Shown here: in pieces, positions 8,601-17,335 of the stretch
Layout of the letters: each line of letters begins with the position of its first letter
Numbering within the stretch: position 1 is the stretch's first letter
Sequence record: HE978309
From: Enterobacteria phage GEC-3S
Strand: one strand, 5' to 3'
Length of the DNA: 64,000 nt
Position numbers and translations under genes: made by a program
The notes under the pieces: model-generated
The model's database searches: none
What the model was told of the DNA's origin: nothing
The model's input: only the letters and a program-made list of their open reading frames with translations

Positions 8601-9008
8601 TTAGCGACCAGATTCCAGCATACGCAATTCTATAGCATTCTTGATCGCAAATCCACGAGATTTAACGATATCAAGTGCGCGACCAGCAAAATCCATTACC
8701 ATCTGGTAATATGCAATTTTCGTATCAAGCGGTAAGATCTCGTCGTCTGCTGCCATGACAACTTTCAATTCTGATTTCTCATATTCAGCACGACACCAGT
8801 CATCACTACGGTTAGTGTAAAAGTCAAGACGATTTTTCATAGCCTTTTTCTTTTTAGCCTCAAGAGCAATCGTCTCTCTTTTCGCCTCGCTGTAAATCCT
8901 TAACCACTTTGAGTATACTACCGGATTATTCAGCGCCTCCCATTGCAACTTAGTCGCATCGATCTTCATGTCAGCTTCTAATTGTTCTTTCAAATCGTTT
9001 AGGTCCAT
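8601..9008 (-). CDS. uvsY: UvsY recombination mediator
   Basis: Aligns with T4 UvsY (KLQ.EA.NN...YSKWL; YEKSE.K.V; KSRGFAIK). Confidence 0.9.
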   Translation of the reverse strand: MDLNDLKEQLEADMKIDATKLQWEALNNPVVYSKWLRIYSEAKRETIALEAKKKKAMKNRLDFYTNRSDDWCRAEYEKSELKVVMAADDEILPLDTKIAYYQMVMDFAGRALDIVKSRGFAIKNAIELRMLESGR

Positions 9009-9055
9009 AATATCCCCTTATTCACACTAAGACCTATATCATATCACACACAAAA

Positions 9056-9442
9056 TCACTTTGCAAGTCTTATGCGTAGTTGTTCAAGATCATCTGGGTT
9101 ATCTATTACTGAAAAGTAGATTGATACTATGATTGAGTTATCGTCGTACTGCGGGGTTACTTCTACTGTCAGGTTTCGGACCCGTGGTTCATAGTTTCGG
9201 ATCGCCTCATTGATGTTTTTTGATAAGGTATCCACTGTCAGTGGGTTCATGTTCTCAAACAGTGATTTATTGAGATCGCATCCAAACAGTGGATCAAATG
9301 GACGAGATCCCTTGCGAGTAGTCACGATCAGTAGAATAGAATCTTTAACCGCTTTAATCCCTATGTTCTTTTTAACGTCGTTATTCCACGATCTGGATAT
9401 ATTGAGATCCAAATCAGTATACATCTGATTAATAGTTGCCAT
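9056..9442 (-). CDS. 25: Baseplate wedge subunit gp25
   Basis: Aligns with T4 gp25 (TTRKGSRPFDP.FGCDL; RNYEPR; FSVIDNPDD); ATG at 9442 with GAGG RBS. Confidence 0.9.
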   Translation of the reverse strand: MATINQMYTDLDLNISRSWNNDVKKNIGIKAVKDSILLIVTTRKGSRPFDPLFGCDLNKSLFENMNPLTVDTLSKNINEAIRNYEPRVRNLTVEVTPQYDDNSIIVSIYFSVIDNPDDLEQLRIRLAK

Positions 9443-9450
9443 GTTATACC

Positions 9451-10080
9451 TCAAAGAATTTTAAGGAAACTGGATAGACCTGATAATGAATATACACCAG
9501 ATTCCCCGCATTCGCACTTGATCGGTACTGCCAGCGTGATTTGATTTCTTGTTAGCTCGTCGATCACTTCTTCCACTTTATCCGTGGTAAGCATATCCAG
9601 CACGCGGTCAAAGTCCTGTGCGTTCAGGTCGTCTATATTGAATTGCTGATCGCCGATCACGATATATTCGATACATGCAATTACCATCTGCATAATATCA
9701 ACATCTTCTGTAAACTTAGGTTGACGAAACTTGATTTTTACTTGTCCTAAGTCCAGAATATACGGTTCAACTTCTGGTATCTGTGTGCGTGAAACATCAA
9801 GAGAGTATACTTTCTCTTTATTGCATACACCACACACCCAAGTAGCATCAATTTTCATCTTATTGAGGCTGTGACACCATAAGAGAAGAAAAATATATTC
9901 TGCTTCGCATTTCTCTAGCTCTAATGCATTGACCCCCGTACATTCATGTATGATCTCTATAACAACCTCTGACAGCTTGCCAGTCTCTTTTGCTGCTACC
10001 AGTTTTTGAAATTCGCCGAAGGTGAAAGCACGGGCGTGTATCAACTTTTCGCCTAATTGGATCTTGAAAAAGTATTGCAT
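9451..10080 (-). CDS. 26: Baseplate hub subunit gp26 (by position and size)
   Basis: 209 aa, directly upstream of gene 25, CxxC motifs; T4 gp26 is 208 aa. Confidence 0.75.
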   Translation of the reverse strand: MQYFFKIQLGEKLIHARAFTFGEFQKLVAAKETGKLSEVVIEIIHECTGVNALELEKCEAEYIFLLLWCHSLNKMKIDATWVCGVCNKEKVYSLDVSRTQIPEVEPYILDLGQVKIKFRQPKFTEDVDIMQMVIACIEYIVIGDQQFNIDDLNAQDFDRVLDMLTTDKVEEVIDELTRNQITLAVPIKCECGESGVYSLSGLSSFLKIL

Positions 10081-10122
10081 AATAAAACACCCTTTATAAA
10101 CACATAGAATTATTTAGTATTT

Positions 10123-10130
10123 TATAAATA
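10123..10130 (+). promoter_or_regulatory. T4-type late promoter (TATAAATA) for gene 51 operon
   Basis: Exact TATAAATA about 21 nt upstream of gene 51 ATG. Confidence 0.55.
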
Positions 10131-10150
10131 CCCGAAAGGGGGATTATACC

Positions 10151-10921
10151 ATGAATATTATCAGAATAAAACTACCGGAAGGTGTGCAGAGATTTAAACC
10201 ATTCACGGTAAAAGATTATAGAGATTTCCTTCTGGTGTCAACTGAAATTAAGATGAATCCAGAAGAAGAACAAACGATTCTTGATGAGCTATTAGAAGAA
10301 ATATATCCAGACGTAGATCCGGCATTTCGTGAATATATTTTCCTGAATGTCTTTACTAGTTCAATTGGTAAAACTAAGATACCGCTTTGTTTTACTTGCC
10401 CGACTTGCAACAAAGAAAGAAAAATGTTGCTTAACTTACAGATTGAAGCACTAAAACCAATCGTTCTAGAGGCCGCAGGGCTTAAAATAACTTTCCGGTA
10501 TGTTAAACCATCAACCGACTATGCAAAAACGTTTCTGGATGCGATAGAGCGTGTATCTGATGGTATTAATGATTATCTATGGACTGAATTACCGGAAGAA
10601 GTTAGAGAACAGGTTATCGATTCAATCTCATTTGCTGAATTTGAAGAAGTTGTCAAGCAGATGCACACAATCAAGATCGAACAAAAGATATCTTGTTGTG
10701 AAAGTCATGACCTGAAATACATAGGTCTTCTTCCATTATTCAAATTGTTGTTGAATCCAGATGAGTTATTCATCTTTTATCGAATAAACCATCTATTGGC
10801 AAAATCAAATTATTCTATCAGTGATCTTATGGATATGTTACCGGTCGAGAGAAACATTGCACTGACACTGGTCGAGAAAGACGTAAAAGAGGCAAATAAT
10901 GCAAAGAACGGGGTTTCCTAA
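10151..10921 (+). CDS. 51: Baseplate hub assembly protein gp51 (by position)
   Basis: 256 aa, first gene of coupled 51-27-28-29-48-54 operon; CPTCNKE motif similar to gp26. Confidence 0.7.
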   Translation: MNIIRIKLPEGVQRFKPFTVKDYRDFLLVSTEIKMNPEEEQTILDELLEEIYPDVDPAFREYIFLNVFTSSIGKTKIPLCFTCPTCNKERKMLLNLQIEALKPIVLEAAGLKITFRYVKPSTDYAKTFLDAIERVSDGINDYLWTELPEEVREQVIDSISFAEFEEVVKQMHTIKIEQKISCCESHDLKYIGLLPLFKLLLNPDELFIFYRINHLLAKSNYSISDLMDMLPVERNIALTLVEKDVKEANNAKNGVS

Positions 10922-11681
10922 TGTCTCAATAAAACTTTATGCTGTTAATAACGTAACTAGCATGATTGATGCCATCTATAAGGAAGTTCCTTTATGGAAA
11001 CCTACTATAAAGGGTGATAACGTTGTTATTCCTCGTTGTCCGTGGGTTAGTACCATAAATGACTATATGGATTTTGTGAGGGCATACGGGCAAAGCGTAG
11101 AAACAGAGTCTTTCGTGTATTGCTGGGAAGATTTTGATGGTATAACGATAGCTGGACACGATACAATATTAAAAAATGAGCCAATACCAGCTATAATCTG
11201 TGAGCCTAGACTCATGGGGCAATTTATTGATATGTCGCCTAATCTGATGGTTTTTAATTTCGAGTGGCAGACTAAGAGCAATGCTAAAGTTAAAAATTCA
11301 TTTAGCAATGTGACATACACAACTATTGATTTTGTTACTAAGCAGTATAATAAAATTATTGTTGGTAATGGGGATAACATTGCACACTTTGTTCATGGTG
11401 GCGCTTATGGCGATTTAACTTATAAGAATGCGTTTTTGGAAGGTTCTAAACTTGCCACAATAGAACAATATGATTCATATGCTACCGCCGTGTGTCACGG
11501 TAATTTTTCGTTGCGCCCCGGTATGGTTATTCGATTCTTTGATGAGAAGCAACAAGCACGCAATGATTTTATTGTTGACGAAGTGGTGCATGAAATTAGC
11601 CGAGAGCAATCATTAACTCACCTGTATATGATCGGTAACAGCGAAGAATTACAGGAAGTCAAATTTGAAGGTAAGATATAA
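10899..11681 (+). CDS. 27: Baseplate hub subunit gp27
   Basis: N-terminus (MQRTGFPNVSIKL) and C-terminal half align with T4 gp27 (GQFI; HGGAYGD.TYKN; QYD.YA; GNF.L.PG; VDEV.HE.S...THLYM); shorter than T4 (260 vs 391 aa). Confidence 0.8.
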   Translation: MQRTGFPNVSIKLYAVNNVTSMIDAIYKEVPLWKPTIKGDNVVIPRCPWVSTINDYMDFVRAYGQSVETESFVYCWEDFDGITIAGHDTILKNEPIPAIICEPRLMGQFIDMSPNLMVFNFEWQTKSNAKVKNSFSNVTYTTIDFVTKQYNKIIVGNGDNIAHFVHGGAYGDLTYKNAFLEGSKLATIEQYDSYATAVCHGNFSLRPGMVIRFFDEKQQARNDFIVDEVVHEISREQSLTHLYMIGNSEELQEVKFEGKI

Positions 11682-12199
11682 TGACAGAAACTAAACCTAT
11701 GTTAAAATTTGTTGTTCCTGTAAAAAAATTAGATATAAACGGGAAACATATCAAGATCCCAAAAATGGGGATTAAGCAACATCGATTATTAAAAGATGTT
11801 CGTAGCTGTGATGAAACATTAAAGATTCTTCTTGATTCAATCTGTCCTGGGTTAAACGCTGCCGAGTCTGAATTGGTTATGCTTAACCTTTGTGCGTTTA
11901 ATGGTAAGTGTCTGGAAGAAAAGGATGGTCTTAAGCTGTCTGATGTGTATATTTGTACAGAGACTGAATTTACTTTAAATGGTAAAGTCTTTAAATTTAA
12001 AAATCCAATGTATACTTCTGACCCCATTATCGATGACGCTGATTTCTTGAGTCATCATTATCACGATCCTAGTGTAGACTTCCATGATTTCCCAGCTTTT
12101 ATTATGGATTGGGCTACAGGATTAAGAAAAACTATTGCACTGGATACACCGGAAGGTACTATCTATGGTGGAATTAACATATTGGATCGCCTATCATGA
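11681..12199 (+). CDS. 28: Baseplate hub distal subunit gp28 (by position and size)
   Basis: 172 aa, TAATG coupling to gene 27; T4 gp28 is 177 aa. Confidence 0.7.
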   Translation: MTETKPMLKFVVPVKKLDINGKHIKIPKMGIKQHRLLKDVRSCDETLKILLDSICPGLNAAESELVMLNLCAFNGKCLEEKDGLKLSDVYICTETEFTLNGKVFKFKNPMYTSDPIIDDADFLSHHYHDPSVDFHDFPAFIMDWATGLRKTIALDTPEGTIYGGINILDRLS

Positions 12200-13929
12200 A
12201 TGACGCATTAACATCATTTCGCGGGATGCGCAAGGAAGCGGAAGAAAACCCGATTGATAAACTTAACAAATTAGATAAACTTGATTCTATTGATAATTTG
12301 CAAGCCGCTACCGAATTGGTGGCGGAGACAGTAGAACAAAAATCTAATGAAGTTGTTGGTGCGGTAGAGGATAACACCGCAGCCAATGAATTGACGGCAG
12401 AAAATACACAATCTACCGCTGGCAATACCAAAAAAACTTATGAAGAATTGCAAAAACTCAATAATTTCTCTTCTCAGATGAATGAGAAATTACGTGGTTT
12501 TGGTGTTATGATGGAACGTAGATTTGGTGTTGTCAGTAAAATGGCTAGCGGTATTGGTGCGATTGAAGAAGCACTGAAAAAACCGGAACAACCGCAAACA
12601 ATGCCATCACCTCAGCCAGTTTTGCCTACTGTGCCGGAACAGCCTAATAATGACAACTATCAAGGTCTTCCAAAGAAAAAACCAGATGTTGAGGAACGGA
12701 AGAAAAAGAACGCCACAGATAAGCGTAATGCCGATTCTATGGAAAATCTTCTTAAAGTTGTTCGTGGAGGATTTAAAGAAACCATAGGTATCTCTAATAA
12801 GGTCTTAGGGATGTTATTTAAGATCACCTTGACCGCTATGGCAGAAGCCGCAAAATGGGGCGCTATTTTGATGGGTATTGTTTTTGCCATTGATACCCTT
12901 ATGATTCATTTCAGATATTGGAGTGATTTATTCGAAACAAAATTTGATGAATTTATGGATAAAGCCGGAGAATGGGCTGGACCAATTAGTGATATTCTAA
13001 CAACTATTCGTCAAGTTCGAGATTATTGGTCTAAAGGCGAATATGGAGAGTTAATTAAATCTCTTGTTATGGGTATTGGTGATGCATTCTATAAAACCTT
13101 TATCCAACTTGATCGAATTATCACTACTGGTATTGCTAAAATTCTTCGCATGATCCCTGGTATGGGTGATTATGCCGATAAGTTAGAATACGGTGCTTTA
13201 AAGTCTGCTGTCGCTCAAGGCTATACTCCAAATGAAAGAGAACTCGAATTAATGGATAAGGTCGAGTCTGAACATGAAGAAGACAAATATGGAGAGCGTA
13301 CTGGTTGGACCGGAAAAGCCCGTGATATTGGCGAAGCTATTGGGGATTCTATTAAGGATAAAGTTAACGAAGGTCTTGTTAGTCTGGGCTGGCGAGATCA
13401 AAAGGATGTTGACGCAGAGAAACGACAAGAAGAATTAAAACGCGGGGAATATAAGTCTGTTTCTGCTGAACAACGATCTGCTAGTCGTAAACTTAGAATT
13501 AAAAGCGAGGGCGCGATCAATAATATTAATGAAGTTATGGAGAATTTGAGCGGTGACTATGACAAAGAAAGAATGGGAGAGTTGAAAAAGGATATTGATG
13601 TTTACCGTGAGCAAGTTCAAGATCCTACATTAGTTGAAAGTGATCGTTCTCAGTTAGAGCGTCTTATTGAAAAATTTGATGAGATGTATGCTGATAAAAC
13701 TAAGGGTGCGGTTCCAACTAATCCTGTTCCTGCAACTGAAACGGAAACAGCAAAACAAGCGGAACGTACTGAACAAATGCAGAAACAAGCTGCAATCCAG
13801 CAACAAACGACAAATCAGACCTCAAACGTAAATAATACACAAATTGTAACAAACAATAGAACTGTTAAACAGGGTGCACCAACAACTAGAATTGATGCCC
13901 CCGGTACAATTAATATGGGGAACTTTTAA
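12196..13929 (+). CDS. 29: Tail tube length determinator gp29 (by position and size)
   Basis: 577 aa, ATGA overlap with gene 28, coiled-coil-rich; T4 gp29 is 590 aa. Confidence 0.75.
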   Translation: MNDALTSFRGMRKEAEENPIDKLNKLDKLDSIDNLQAATELVAETVEQKSNEVVGAVEDNTAANELTAENTQSTAGNTKKTYEELQKLNNFSSQMNEKLRGFGVMMERRFGVVSKMASGIGAIEEALKKPEQPQTMPSPQPVLPTVPEQPNNDNYQGLPKKKPDVEERKKKNATDKRNADSMENLLKVVRGGFKETIGISNKVLGMLFKITLTAMAEAAKWGAILMGIVFAIDTLMIHFRYWSDLFETKFDEFMDKAGEWAGPISDILTTIRQVRDYWSKGEYGELIKSLVMGIGDAFYKTFIQLDRIITTGIAKILRMIPGMGDYADKLEYGALKSAVAQGYTPNERELELMDKVESEHEEDKYGERTGWTGKARDIGEAIGDSIKDKVNEGLVSLGWRDQKDVDAEKRQEELKRGEYKSVSAEQRSASRKLRIKSEGAINNINEVMENLSGDYDKERMGELKKDIDVYREQVQDPTLVESDRSQLERLIEKFDEMYADKTKGAVPTNPVPATETETAKQAERTEQMQKQAAIQQQTTNQTSNVNNTQIVTNNRTVKQGAPTTRIDAPGTINMGNF

Positions 13930-14987
13930 TGAAAATTAGTGTTATCAATGATGCCGTTGATAGCTTTAAAGCGGGGGTTAAAACCTCCGCTGGTTTTACC
14001 TCAAAAAATAAAGGAAAAACATTAACCGCTCAATTCCCCGCTGAACGTGCTAGCGGTAATGATGCTAGCGGTTATTATATCAACGACTTATATAATAATG
14101 GTCTGTTATTCACTGCATACGATTATACATCTCGTACTACTGGATCGTTGCGTGATTTCAGGAAAAAGAAAAATGTTGCTAGCGGTTTTGGCGGTAGCGT
14201 TAATATCGCTGGTTTTGATTTAAATTTGGGAGGGAGAAATGCTGCATTTGACCGCGAGGCAATTGCTAATATTCTTCTTCCTCGTAGTCAATCTGACGTT
14301 GACGCTGCTAGCCATAAGTTTAATGATGTTGGTGAATCTGTCATTTCTCGCGGCGGTGGTACTTTAGGCGGTGCTCTTTCTAATATGGCATCTACTGCCG
14401 TTTTTGGTGGTATCGAAAGTATTACTGGTGGATACCTTGCCGATCACGGTGAACAGATTTATAATACTGCGCGAAGCATGTATGCGGGTGCTGACGCACG
14501 AACTAAAAACTACGTATGGCATTTAACCCCACGTAGTATTGAAGACCTTCGCAATATTCTGATCATATACGAAACGTTTTTAGAATTGTCTTATGGATCT
14601 AGTGGTATTTCCAGCACCGCAAAAGAATTAAAAGCGGAAGTTGATGCGTGGTATAAAAATACACTATTGAGAAAATCCACCCCAGAGGAAGCGAAGAGAA
14701 ATGATACTCTGTTTGAAGGGATCACCGATTTTCTATCAAACGCAATTACTGTATCTAACCCGACAATATGGATGATCTCTAACTTCGGTAAGCGTACATC
14801 GTTTGAAGGGCGTAGCGATGCATTTGGTCCCGCTCAGATCTCAAGTGTACGTCTGGACAAGTCGCCGGATGGTAAGTTTAATGGCCTTGCTATTTCTCCT
14901 AACTTGCCGAGTACCTTTGTTCTGGAAGTATCATTTAGAGAGATCTTGACACTTTCCCGTGGTACTATATTTGGGAGTGCGGTATAA
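13929..14987 (+). CDS. 48: Baseplate tail tube cap gp48 (by position and size)
   Basis: 352 aa, TAATG coupling; T4 gp48 is 364 aa. Confidence 0.75.
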   Translation: MKISVINDAVDSFKAGVKTSAGFTSKNKGKTLTAQFPAERASGNDASGYYINDLYNNGLLFTAYDYTSRTTGSLRDFRKKKNVASGFGGSVNIAGFDLNLGGRNAAFDREAIANILLPRSQSDVDAASHKFNDVGESVISRGGGTLGGALSNMASTAVFGGIESITGGYLADHGEQIYNTARSMYAGADARTKNYVWHLTPRSIEDLRNILIIYETFLELSYGSSGISSTAKELKAEVDAWYKNTLLRKSTPEEAKRNDTLFEGITDFLSNAITVSNPTIWMISNFGKRTSFEGRSDAFGPAQISSVRLDKSPDGKFNGLAISPNLPSTFVLEVSFREILTLSRGTIFGSAV

Positions 14988-15919
14988 TGTTTGATTTAAA
15001 TGATTTTAACGAACAAGCCGCTAACCTTGACTTTCAGCGATCCAACTTATTCAGCGTGGCATTTGCCACCACTCCAAGTAATAAGACACAAGCGATCCTA
15101 GAAAGTATGGGCGGTGCGGTATATGATATTATACCAAATGCATTAAATGACTATTTCGGGATTACTCGTGGTGATTATACTGACGCATTAACAAATCTTG
15201 CTGTACAGGGTGTTAGGCGTGCTGTTGATTCATCCGGTGTCAAAAAGTATCTTTTAGGTGCAATGTCATCCCGCGTAGTTCAATCTCTTCTGGGGCAATT
15301 TGATGTTGGTACATATGCGCTTGACTGGTTCAATATGGCATATAAGACAAGCGGTCTTCTGGTGTATGCTGTTAAGGTTCCAGAAAACAGATTGAATTAT
15401 GAAATGGACCGTAACCACAATGCGCCAAACATTCGAATTACCGGACGTGATTTTGATCCGCTTGTGTTGAGCTTTAGAATGGACTCTAGCGCATCAAACT
15501 ATAGAGCAATGCAGGATTGGGTTAACTCAGTAGAAGACCCCGTCACAGGGCTTCGTGCGCTTCCTGTTGACGTTGAAGCGGATATTCAGGTCAACTTACA
15601 TAACCGAATGGGAGTCCCTCACACGATTATGATGTTTAATGGTTGTGTTCCTGTTGGTGTGAGTGCACCGGAATTAACCTATGAAAACAACAACGAAATT
15701 ACAACATTCGATGTTACTTTCGCATATCGTTCTATGCAAACTGGTGCTGTAGGAGAGCAAGCCGCGCGAGAATGGATTGAGGATAAGGCAATAAACGCAA
15801 TAACAAACACTTTCGGCAATAATTTACTTGATAGTGGGTTATCTGCTGCTGGTAATGCTTTATCGCGTCTAAATGGCGTTGGTGGGCGTGTGGTGAATAC
15901 TGTCACTAACTGGTTCTGA
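14987..15919 (+). CDS. 54: Baseplate tail tube initiator gp54 (by position and size)
   Basis: 310 aa, TAATG coupling; T4 gp54 is 320 aa. Confidence 0.75.
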   Translation: MFDLNDFNEQAANLDFQRSNLFSVAFATTPSNKTQAILESMGGAVYDIIPNALNDYFGITRGDYTDALTNLAVQGVRRAVDSSGVKKYLLGAMSSRVVQSLLGQFDVGTYALDWFNMAYKTSGLLVYAVKVPENRLNYEMDRNHNAPNIRITGRDFDPLVLSFRMDSSASNYRAMQDWVNSVEDPVTGLRALPVDVEADIQVNLHNRMGVPHTIMMFNGCVPVGVSAPELTYENNNEITTFDVTFAYRSMQTGAVGEQAAREWIEDKAINAITNTFGNNLLDSGLSAAGNALSRLNGVGGRVVNTVTNWF

Positions 15920-15925
15920 TAAGCG

Positions 15926-15955
15926 AAAGGCGGGGATTATCCCCGCCTTTTTATT
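15926..15955. terminator. Bidirectional rho-independent terminator between gene 54 and minus-strand alt cluster
   Basis: AAA-GGCGGGG-ATTAT-CCCCGCC-TTTTTATTTT. Confidence 0.7.
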
Positions 15956-16436
15956 TTGCTAAATCATTGCAATATTTTAGTGCCTTAGTTTGAAATTCTG
16001 CGCTGTTAAGTTCTTCATAACGGTCATAATCACCGTTTAATGCTGCCTTTCTTGCTTCTTGCTCTATCTGCATGTCAGACATGATAATACAGCGATCCCG
16101 TGCTTTCATCTTCTCAAGTTGTTTAGACTCTTCTTTCTGCTTGCGCAATTCTTCTTGACGCTTCTTTTCTTCTTGTTCTTTCTCTTCCCGCGCTTCTTTG
16201 ATTGCATCCTTGAACATCTGCGTTTGTGGTGCTAAACCAACTTTAACGCGATCCACGTCTCGACGTTCCATTTTAGAAATAAAGCATGATTCGATCTGGT
16301 CATCACTTGCATATGCTGCTTTACATTCACGAAGCAAGAAAACCGGATCTGATTTAGCATTCATCATAGCTTCCATGTTGGTACAACCAGTAAGCATGAA
16401 TGCAGCCGCAAGACCAATCAGTTTAATCATTTTCAT
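15951..16436 (-). CDS. Predicted lipoprotein with charged coiled-coil region
   Basis: N-terminal signal peptide with lipobox LTGC; KEAREEKEQEEKKRQEELRKQKEESK; GGTGAGGTGA RBS; coupled to upstream ART gene. Confidence 0.6.
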   Translation of the reverse strand: MKMIKLIGLAAAFMLTGCTNMEAMMNAKSDPVFLLRECKAAYASDDQIESCFISKMERRDVDRVKVGLAPQTQMFKDAIKEAREEKEQEEKKRQEELRKQKEESKQLEKMKARDRCIIMSDMQIEQEARKAALNGDYDRYEELNSAEFQTKALKYCNDLAK

Positions 16437-17257
16437 TTAGTCACCTCACCGAAAATTGTAAATTGTCTACGATTCTCATCGCCGAAAGATTCTACTACGT
16501 CGTTTACCTTGACGCAAGTCCCGCGCGGTAAAATTACTTCACATTCGCAAGGGTTCCATGCAATTGATCCAACAACAAAACCTTTATGATCTTTTACGTC
16601 AATTACCCATGATACATTACAAGAATGTTGCATCTTTCCGGTCATGGATTCATATCGATTCTCACAATAAAGGCTAGTGCTATTTGAAAGCCAGCCTCCA
16701 AAGATGATTGGTGTCATGCTGGTCGATACAAAGTTTTTAAAGGTAAACTCCTTATCTTCAATAATACGCTCTATTGTCTGAATGTCAAGATGTTGACCGC
16801 GATAAAGAGTACCGTTTAACTTTTCGGTTTTATCCATGACACAATCCATCAAATCAACAATCTCTGATATCTCATCGGTCATGTCTTCTTCCCCTAAGAG
16901 AGCACCATTTACCCATTCGTATTGTTCAGACACATAATCACAGATTGCATTATATTCTGCTGGGGTTATGTTGTTATGTTTGTAATGTTTGAATACATTA
17001 TCTCCAAAGTCTTCGGAGTGTACTTCATACATCACATTAATGATTTTCTTGACAAATCCATAATCTTGTGTCTCGCGCTCAAGGAAGCGGATAACCTTCA
17101 CATAATCATCAAAGTTAATCTGATCGCTGATCATCTCAGTGATCATGTAACCATTAATCCCCTCAATGTCATATGTTTCGATGTAATTATCCATACGTTC
17201 CATCATTGATTCGCGTGATTCTTCTGAAAGACGAAAATCCTGTAATTTCTTGAACAT
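16433..17257 (-). CDS. Alt-like ADP-ribosyltransferase paralog (R-S-E class)
   Basis: TLYRGQ (Arg), NFVSTSMTP (STS), ECEVILPRG (ExE) motifs, matching Alt C-terminal catalytic motifs. Confidence 0.7.
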   Translation of the reverse strand: MFKKLQDFRLSEESRESMMERMDNYIETYDIEGINGYMITEMISDQINFDDYVKVIRFLERETQDYGFVKKIINVMYEVHSEDFGDNVFKHYKHNNITPAEYNAICDYVSEQYEWVNGALLGEEDMTDEISEIVDLMDCVMDKTEKLNGTLYRGQHLDIQTIERIIEDKEFTFKNFVSTSMTPIIFGGWLSNSTSLYCENRYESMTGKMQHSCNVSWVIDVKDHKGFVVGSIAWNPCECEVILPRGTCVKVNDVVESFGDENRRQFTIFGEVTK

Positions 17258-17335
17258 TTTAAACCTCCCATATAACAGAAAACGGGGCTAGTATAAAACT
17301 AGTCCCCGTTTGAGTCAACCATTATTTCTTAAAAA

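Noticed and set aside
10899-11681. gp27 being a truncated or frameshifted pseudogene (260 aa vs 391 aa in T4)
   Set aside because: Both the N-terminus and the C-terminal half align with T4 gp27 and the ORF is translationally coupled within the operon; more likely a genuinely shorter ortholog lacking a T4 internal region.
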